NCBI RefSeq assembly: GCF_009914755.1
Contig: NC_060932.1
Origin: the human T2T-CHM13v2.0 reference genome, Homo sapiens
Reading direction: 5' to 3' (one strand)
DNA length: 64,000 nt
Shown: positions 54,836 to 64,000 of the stretch, one piece after another
Layout of the letters: each line of letters begins with the position of its first letter
Position numbering within the stretch: the stretch's first letter is position 1
The notes under the pieces: model-generated
Database searches by the model: none
Told to the model about the DNA's origin: nothing
The model's input: only the letters and a program-made list of their open reading frames with translations
Position numbers and translations under genes: made by a program

Positions 54836-57037
54836 GGGTGGCTCCTGGCGTCCGCGGTCCCAGCCCTGCCTTCCGGTGGGCGTGCGGCACCCCGGGCCGT
54901 GCGGTTCCCGGACAGCAGCTTGTGGGGGACTTTCGAGCCCCGCAGCCCGGGGTCCTGCCTGCGCGGGTTGGGCGTGGGGGGCTCCTCACCGCGACGCTGA
55001 CTTTGGAGTCCTTGAGCGGCGCGGATGCCGGACGGAGGGAGGGGACAGGCGGAGGCGGAGGCGGCGCCGTCGCCCCTGACCTCGCTTCCCTCAGACCGGC
55101 TGGGCAAGTACGGTCAGCTCACCTGTGTGCCCACGAGGCGGGGAGGCGGCTCCTGCAGAGCCACAGAGGTGCCGTCGGAGCTGCTGTCAAGGACAGCAGG
55201 TGTCACGTGGGTGTGGCCTCCACTGGTCACCGAGTTAGCTGGGGCGGAAGGGGACAAGGTGCAGCTCAACATGGTGTGGGAGGCGGAGGGACGCTGGGTC
55301 AGTCAGAACCTGTAGGAGCGGGGAGGGACGCTGGGTAAGGTCACCAAAGTGTGCGGGGGAGAGAGCGGGCGCTGGGTCAGGTCAGCAGGAGGTGGGACCC
55401 GCCTGGGCTCTGGGCCCTATAGCCAGCTGCTCTAGGTTGGGGTTGGGTGTGGACAGTAGGGAGGGGAGCCAGGGGCTCCCCAGCCTGTGTAGATTCTGCT
55501 GTAAGTGACTCTTCTCTGAAAGACTGGCGCGAGGCGGCTGCTTCTGACTCCTGTTTCAGTTTACCCTCTGTGTGAAATCTGTAACTATCCAGCTTCTGCT
55601 TACCTCACTCCCGTATTTTGATTTTTATTTACATACAACTTTTCAGGAAGGTTGTGAGAGGAAAGAGCAATGGTGCAGGAAGTGTGAGTGATTGAGGGAA
55701 TATGAGATGGCCACAGCTCCCCACTGAGCTTGAACACTTCTGTGCCTCACTTTCAGATTGGCCGTCATGGAGGCTGTGGTTGTTAAGGAAGTTCTTCCTG
55801 AGCATCCAGTTTCCATACAAAGAGCACAGGTTCTCTAGGTGGCCTCAGAGATGTTCAATACACAATGTCTTCTGATAACGAGGAACTGGGCAAAAGCCTG
55901 GTAGGACACCGGGTAGGTAAATGGTGGAGTCCCTGCAACCGTGTTGCAGAGGAGGATTAGCTGTTGCTGAGAGAAGAGAAGCAGGCCGGGGAGCAGCTTG
56001 TATACTGTTATCCCCTTTTATGTAAAAAGAAGAGTTTATATCTAGAAAAACAATTGACCCAGCAGGCACCAAAAAATAGTGATGGTGCTTGGAGCTGTGT
56101 AAGAGGATTGTAAATTTTTATTTTTGTATTTTTATGCTTGTTTATATTTTCTGAATTTTGTGTATTAAACATGTATTTCTGTTGATTTTGGAAAACATTT
56201 TTACAACCCATCAATGTATAATTTTCAAAATGTTAGAAGTATAATTCTCATGTAAATAGCTCTTGTCAGGTTATATTTCAGTCATTAATGCAGTATACAG
56301 CAGGATAGGAATGTCAGTTCAAAAGAGAATACACAAAACTAGGATTTTCTTAGTGAGTGGGTAACAGGAATGCTGAGAGAAGATTGCCAGATTAGATAAT
56401 AAGATTGGTGAATATCCTGTGTGCATTGAAACCACAGCCTTTGGGATTGTCTTTTCTTCTTGATGGAAAGGAGAATTAGCTTTGCAGATTGTAAAATGCG
56501 TGACCCACAATCAGTGGTAAATAGTTTAGTTATTTCTCCTAGAAAGTCAAGTGATTGTTGGGGTTGTAAAACACTGAACTTGCGTTAGCAGGGAAAAAAG
56601 CATGCAACCTTTTTTTTCCCTTTTGACGTCACTTCCAAGTTTGGATAAATTATCTCAATGAAAAACAAAAATGCTGGTATCCATAGCAGTTTAGCCCCCA
56701 TAAACCGGAGGAGCGCATAGATGCATGACAGAGTCGAAGGGTTCCAGTGGCCACTGAGCCTGGTTCCTGGTCACACTGCAGCAACAGAGCTAACACTCTT
56801 ACTGATGTGTTTGCATTCAGATTTTTAAAAAACTTCATGGCCCAGTGCAATAGAAGAGCTGAAACCACAGAATCTTATAAGACAAGCTTTTTGTATACAT
56901 TTTCTCCAAAGAAAATGAAGATCTGCAGCGTCAAGAGATGGTGGCCTTCCAGGAGTTGTTTATTCTCCGGCTCCACTTCCTCTACTGCAGAGAGGAAAGG
57001 GGCTGGTGTGGAAGGGCTTGGAAGCCTTCCAGAATGA

Positions 57038-57317
<280 letters not shown>

Positions 57318-58198
57318 TGATCCTCCCACCTTGGGCTCCCAAAGTGCTGGGATTACAGGTGTGAGCCACCCTGCCCGGCCGGTTCGGCCTCCAGTTTTAC
57401 CCATGGAAGGAACAGTGACTTCCAGCTGTGCATTACACTTAAGGACTCCTTCATGTGGCCTGAGCCTTATGGTGCACAGCAAGGGAACAGTGGGAACCCC
57501 TGTGTCCCATTTTGCATATCAAGAGTGAGAGGGTGTGGTTGGGTCAAGGAGCAGAAATAGAAGCAAAAGGAGAAGCTGAGCTCTTCCCATACCCCTTCTG
57601 TGCTGCCTGACAGAACAAGGCCTAGCCACACTTCTGTGGGTGCCCGCCTTGTGACTTGGGGTGAACCACAGCTGTTCTCAGTACAACGCTGATGCCACGA
57701 AAGGACAGCAGAGCTCTGCAGGACTCCAGGAAGACTGGGCGCTTGGGCTGGATCCTGCCTCTGGGACTGGCCTTCTACCCTCATGGCTGAGAGAGCTGAG
57801 GAGTTCACCTCCTTTGTGAACTCCTGGCTGGAGGATGCTGGTTGGCATTAACTAAACTCAGAGACCCACAGTAACGAGTTAGACTAGAACAGCACCAGCT
57901 TACCCAGAAAGTCAGGAGGTTTGAGCAAAGAATCAGAATGGGGGATTCACTACAGGACTGGAAGGGGAAGTAAGCATTCTGGTCTTTATAATCTGCTGTT
58001 TCTGCATCCCTAATTGGCACCTGTTCTCTGACTGCCAGGAGGGTTTGCCCACTCAGCTGTGGCTTACCTGTTTCTGTTTCCATGTCTTTCACCTATCTGC
58101 CACTTTTCTGTAGATATGGTAATCTCTCCAAAAAGATATCTAGAAAGCTTGAAGACCTGGTAGCTATTTGCTCTTATGGTGAAGATCACACAAACTAG

Positions 58199-58457
<259 letters not shown>

Positions 58458-58761
58458 TGACCATGTTGGCCAGGCTGGTCTCGAACTTCTGACCTTGTGA
58501 TGCACCTGCCTTGGCATCCCAAAGTGCTGGGATTACAGGCGTGCGCCACTGCACTCGGCCTGCTCTGTGTGTTTCTTTTTCCTGTAGTCAGATTCTGGGG
58601 TCCAGGGTGGTTAGGAAAGAAACTTGTTTTCTTTCTTTCTTTTTTTTTTTTGAGATGGAGTTTTGCTCTGTTGCCCAGGTTGAAGTGCAGTTGTGTGATC
58701 TCGGCTCACTGCAACCTCCACCCTCCTGGGTTCCAGAAATTCTCCTGCCTCAGCCTCCTGA

Positions 58762-58956
<195 letters not shown>

Positions 58957-60617
58957 TAAATAGTGAAATCAAGATCAGAGCCCACTAAGCCAGCCGCTCT
59001 TCTTGGTTTTTGGTTCTCATGTCCTGGAGTCCCTCTCACCTTGACCAAACCAAAGACCTCCTGAAGCATCACTTGGGCTCACCACTTCCACTGAGGTGGA
59101 TTTGAGTCATTGATCTGGGCAGAGCCTTCTGGAGTCGGGGTTTCTCTCGTCTCAAGGCAGAGGTCCTACAGAAGTTAGTGGTCTTGGCCAAGCGGACATT
59201 GATGCAACTGTGGCAAAATGGGACCTATAAGTCAGAGCTGATGACCTACTCGTGGAAAAGTACAGGGAGAAGTTTTACGAGGGGTCCATATTTTAACCTT
59301 TAACAGTGTTGTTCACGTTAACCCTTGTAATGGATGCTATTCCTTGCCTGATACCTGTCCTTTCCACCCAGCCTGCTTTTCTTTAATGCTGGTAAGCGGT
59401 CTCCCCTCCAGGCATTAGGCTGCACTTGAAGTTGATCTGCTCCTGTGAAGTGCATAGGGGTTCAACGATGCCTTGCTGCACACTGAATACCAGAGCCGAG
59501 TGCTCTTGCCAGCCCCTTAATACCATGTTCAACCTGATTTGTCAACAGGTTAACAGAAATGTGTTTGGAGATGTGTAAGTACACTGGAGTCTTGATATAT
59601 AGCATGACCAGAAGTGTGGGTCACGAGGGCACACATGGGCATGGCAGCCCCTCAGTTGTCATCCATAGCATCTATCAGAGAGCACGCCTGTGTGCCCTGA
59701 ACTCACGCACCAGGGGCAGCATGACACGGGAGCCGTTTCTCTAGGGAGAAACATGAGTACCAGTGCTGTCTTTCCCCACATCAGATTTGTGTTCAAACAG
59801 AGCTAGTCTGTGTTAAAGCTGGAGTGTTAATGGAGAAACAGACAAACTCTTGTACTATTTTGCCTTTGATTATAGACCATTATCAAAGCAAGAGGTTAGG
59901 AGTGATCAGTGCTCCCTTGTCATTTGCATCAGGTCCCAGGACTCACATTCTTTGCATGCTTGTGTGAGCTAGTGTTTTCCATGTCCTTGGGGTGTGGTCA
60001 CAGCGACCTTTTTGCCTGAATAATGATTGGCAAGTTTTTGCTGAATGGCCACAGTGAATGGCTCCTCCTATGCTTCTGGCTCTAGTCCTGCTGTCTCACA
60101 ATTGAGTCAATTCTGGGGTCTCTTCCGGAGAGCAGAGGGTCCAGCTGCGTGGGGAGTGTGGTGTTCCCAGCCCTGCTGTCTGTTCGCTGGGTGTGAGTGA
60201 CAAGAGTCCCCACTCCCTGCAGAAATTCCATTACCTGGACAAGTCCCTGCACACTGGGTGAGGGGGGACCAGGCGGGGACCTGAGTCTTTGTCGGTAGCC
60301 GTTCCTATGTCATCGTTGTGTGCCTGGGTTTCCTGCCGTGTAAAAGGAAAGGCTGGAATCAATCACACGTCCCTTCCAGTTTTTCAAGAACTTGAGACTC
60401 TGGTGTTTGTAGCTTTGCAGACAGGTTCAGGCTTAGGTAAAGTGGACCCTTTCAGCATGATTCAGCATCTGTTCATGTGTTCCATAAATGTTTCTTGAGG
60501 GCCCACTGTGGACCCAGTGCTGCATCAGGCAGAGGAGATGCTGTGATGGAAGGCAGGTGTGGTCTGTGCCCTCACAGAGCTTGCTGTCCAGTGGAGGTGA
60601 GGATTCAGTAAGCACTT

Positions 60618-61367
60618 GTCCTATGTGCACCCCACCAGCAAGTCTCCCGCCTTCACAGCAGTCCCAATCAGTCACACAATTCAGGCATCGCAGGATGAAA
60701 CATATTTAAGTCATTACACTGGGATACACTTTGTTACAGCACTGAACTTCTGCTGTTTGATCCTAGTTAACACCCCAAACACCAAAAATGAGTGTTTGGG
60801 GTATGCATCAGGAGCTTGAAGCAAAGGTACTTAACCCAGTCCATGGGTCTCCCCTACTCTGGGAGGGCATCTGGAGCAAATGGCCTTTAAGTGAGGACCT
60901 GACAGGTAAGATGGTGCCAACTTGGGGAAGGTAAAGACTTTTCCAGGAGAGGGCCCAGCAGCTGCAGAGACCCAGAGGTGCAGGAGAGTGTGATGTTTTC
61001 AAAGGACTGGAAGGTTATAGCATGGAGTGAGATGCAGGGGATGGTGAGAGTGGAACCAGAGAAGGTATAATTGATAATCACATTCTGCAGAGTGCCGTAG
61101 GTCACAGTGAGGAGTTCAGGCCTTCCCTGCTGCTGTTGAGAAGGCATTCCATGGCCTTAACCAAGGAATAACATGAAGAACAGGAGCACAGGTTTTCGTG
61201 ACATCCTTGGGGTGTTAACTAGGATCAAACAGCAGAAGTTCAGTGCTGTAACAAAGTGTATCCCAGTGTAATGACTTAAATATGTTTCATCCTGCGATGC
61301 CTGAATTGTGTGACTGATTGGGACTGCTGTGAAGGCGGGAGACTTGCTGGTGGGGTGCACATAGGAC
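60618..61367. repeat. Perfect 161-bp inverted repeat (arms 60618-60778 and 61207-61367; 428-bp spacer)
   Basis: Arms compared by eye are exact reverse complements. The same peptide HPTSKSPAFTAVPISHTIQASQDETY... appears in ORFs on both strands. Confidence 0.96.
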
Positions 61368-61622
61368 GAGCATAGGACCGTGTGTTCCTGCCAGCACCGC
61401 TCCGGCCTCCTGTTCGTGGCTGGACCGCTCTAGCTTTAGTTTCATTTTCTTTCCTCCTATACTGTCAGTGGATGTTACCTTGGTATGTTTATGCATCCTT
61501 GTAAGTTCATTAAGAATAAGGTACAGAATTAAATATTTTGTAGTTTAATGTTTGCGTTACTGGGGTAGTGATGTGTCCTTGTTTCTATCGAGTCAACACA
61601 AAATGAATGATCTTTCTTTTAG

Positions 61623-62312
<690 letters not shown>

Positions 62313-62467
62313 TGACATGTGCCTCACGCATTTAATCACTGGCTACAATGTCCTGGACGCTGCCATAAACTCAACAGCAGGCTGGATTGCAGCACACACA
62401 TTCAGTTACAAACTCATTTTAGTTGAATGCAATATTCTGGTTTTGTTTATTTATTTATTTATTTTGA

Positions 62468-62815
<348 letters not shown>

Positions 62816-63160
62816 TAGTAGAGATGGGGTTTCACTATGTTGGTCAGGCTGGTCTTGAACTCCTGACCTTGTGGTCCGCCTGCCTGGGCCTCCCAACGTG
62901 CTGGAATTACAAATGTGAGCCACCGTGCCTGGCCTCTTTTAATACTTTAGAAAAACTGAAGTAATATCTGTGCGTACACACATACCTTGCTTGCTTTTTA
63001 TTTTTGAATAAGGTTGTTGTACTAGTGCTCAGAAGTGTTGGGACCTAGCATAGTTATTTGCCTAGCACTTTCTTTCTGTTTTTGAAGAACATGTTTTAAA
63101 AATATTTGTCACTTGATTGTCATATTGATGTCAAAATGTTCTTCATGTTAAACTCTTTAA

Positions 63161-63316
<156 letters not shown>

Positions 63317-63323
63317 TAGCTAA

Positions 63324-63479
<156 letters not shown>

Positions 63480-64000
63480 TAAAATTGTTTTTACATAGAT
63501 TCTTGCTATCTTTTATGACCCATCACATTGTTTATGGGATATTTGATATGAAATTTGAGATCCTGCAAATGTTCAGCCATTCACACAAATGGGTCATGTT
63601 ACTGCACATTTCTTGTCTACAGGAGACTGGTAGCCTCGAGAGGAAAAATAAGCATAACAAATCACTCCTGCCTTCGGGGTCGAGGTGGGTAGATGATATC
63701 AGTCCATCAAAAGTGCACTGCAGTGTAAACAGTACAGACTGTTCATGCATAACCACCATGGACACCAGCCGGGTGTCAGATACTGTGCTGGCACCTGGGA
63801 ACTCAAGGAGGAACTTGTGTTCCTGGTGTCCCCTGAGGTTGGCCCCATCTGGCACCAGATGGGGTGTGTGAGCACAGTGACAGGGAAGTGCAGAGAAACC
63901 ATGGCCCCAGATGCGGACCCTCTGCAGGAGGAGCAGGTGAGCACCTCGGAGTTAAGGCAAGTGAATGAGGGTGAGTGAGGCACAGTCGTCGCCAGTACAG

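Larger units (their letters stand above)
53700..55400. promoter_or_regulatory. CpG island / CLN8 promoter
   Basis: Very high GC and CpG density, many GGGGCGGGG GC boxes, NRF1-like GCGCACGCGC/GCGCGTGCGC motifs at 54421-54460, no obvious TATA box. Confidence 0.92.

Noticed and set aside
53729-54989. Long Pro/Arg/Gly/Ala-rich ORFs on both strands (up to 361 aa)
   Set aside because: By-product of the stop-free pure-GC VNTR and CpG island, with non-ATG starts. Repeat-associated translation cannot be supported from sequence.
63843-63864. 10-bp perfect hairpin CCCCATCTGG-ca-CCAGATGGGG
   Set aside because: Too short for a pre-miRNA; an isolated short palindrome with no supporting context.

Overview
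Human genomic DNA, recognised from the CLN8 coding sequence (chr8p23.3 by established knowledge). Bases 1-19.3 kb are a nested retroelement stack. An old L1MC-like element hosts a 7x123-bp minisatellite, an L1PA7-like element (itself containing a 5'-inverted, TSD-flanked L1PA4-like insertion and three Alus), an ancient mitochondrial COX2 NUMT and an L1PA8-like 3' fragment. Bases 20.8-23.1 kb are a processed pseudogene of DFFA (ICAD/DFF45). Bases 23-53 kb are intergenic Alu/LTR/DNA-transposon sequence with several TE-born minisatellites. Bases 53.7-64 kb hold the CLN8 CpG-island promoter, non-coding exon 1, intron 1, first coding exon (61623-62288) and the start of intron 2. I see no new protein-coding system. 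The most notable unexplained structures cluster at the CLN8 5' end: a 100%-GC 17-mer VNTR upstream of the TSS, an array of ~11 5'-splice-site motifs after exon 1, two uORFs, and a perfect 161-bp non-Alu inverted repeat just upstream of the exon 2 acceptor. Repeat subfamily names come from recalled consensus sequences, not a RepeatMasker run, and most repeat boundaries are approximate.
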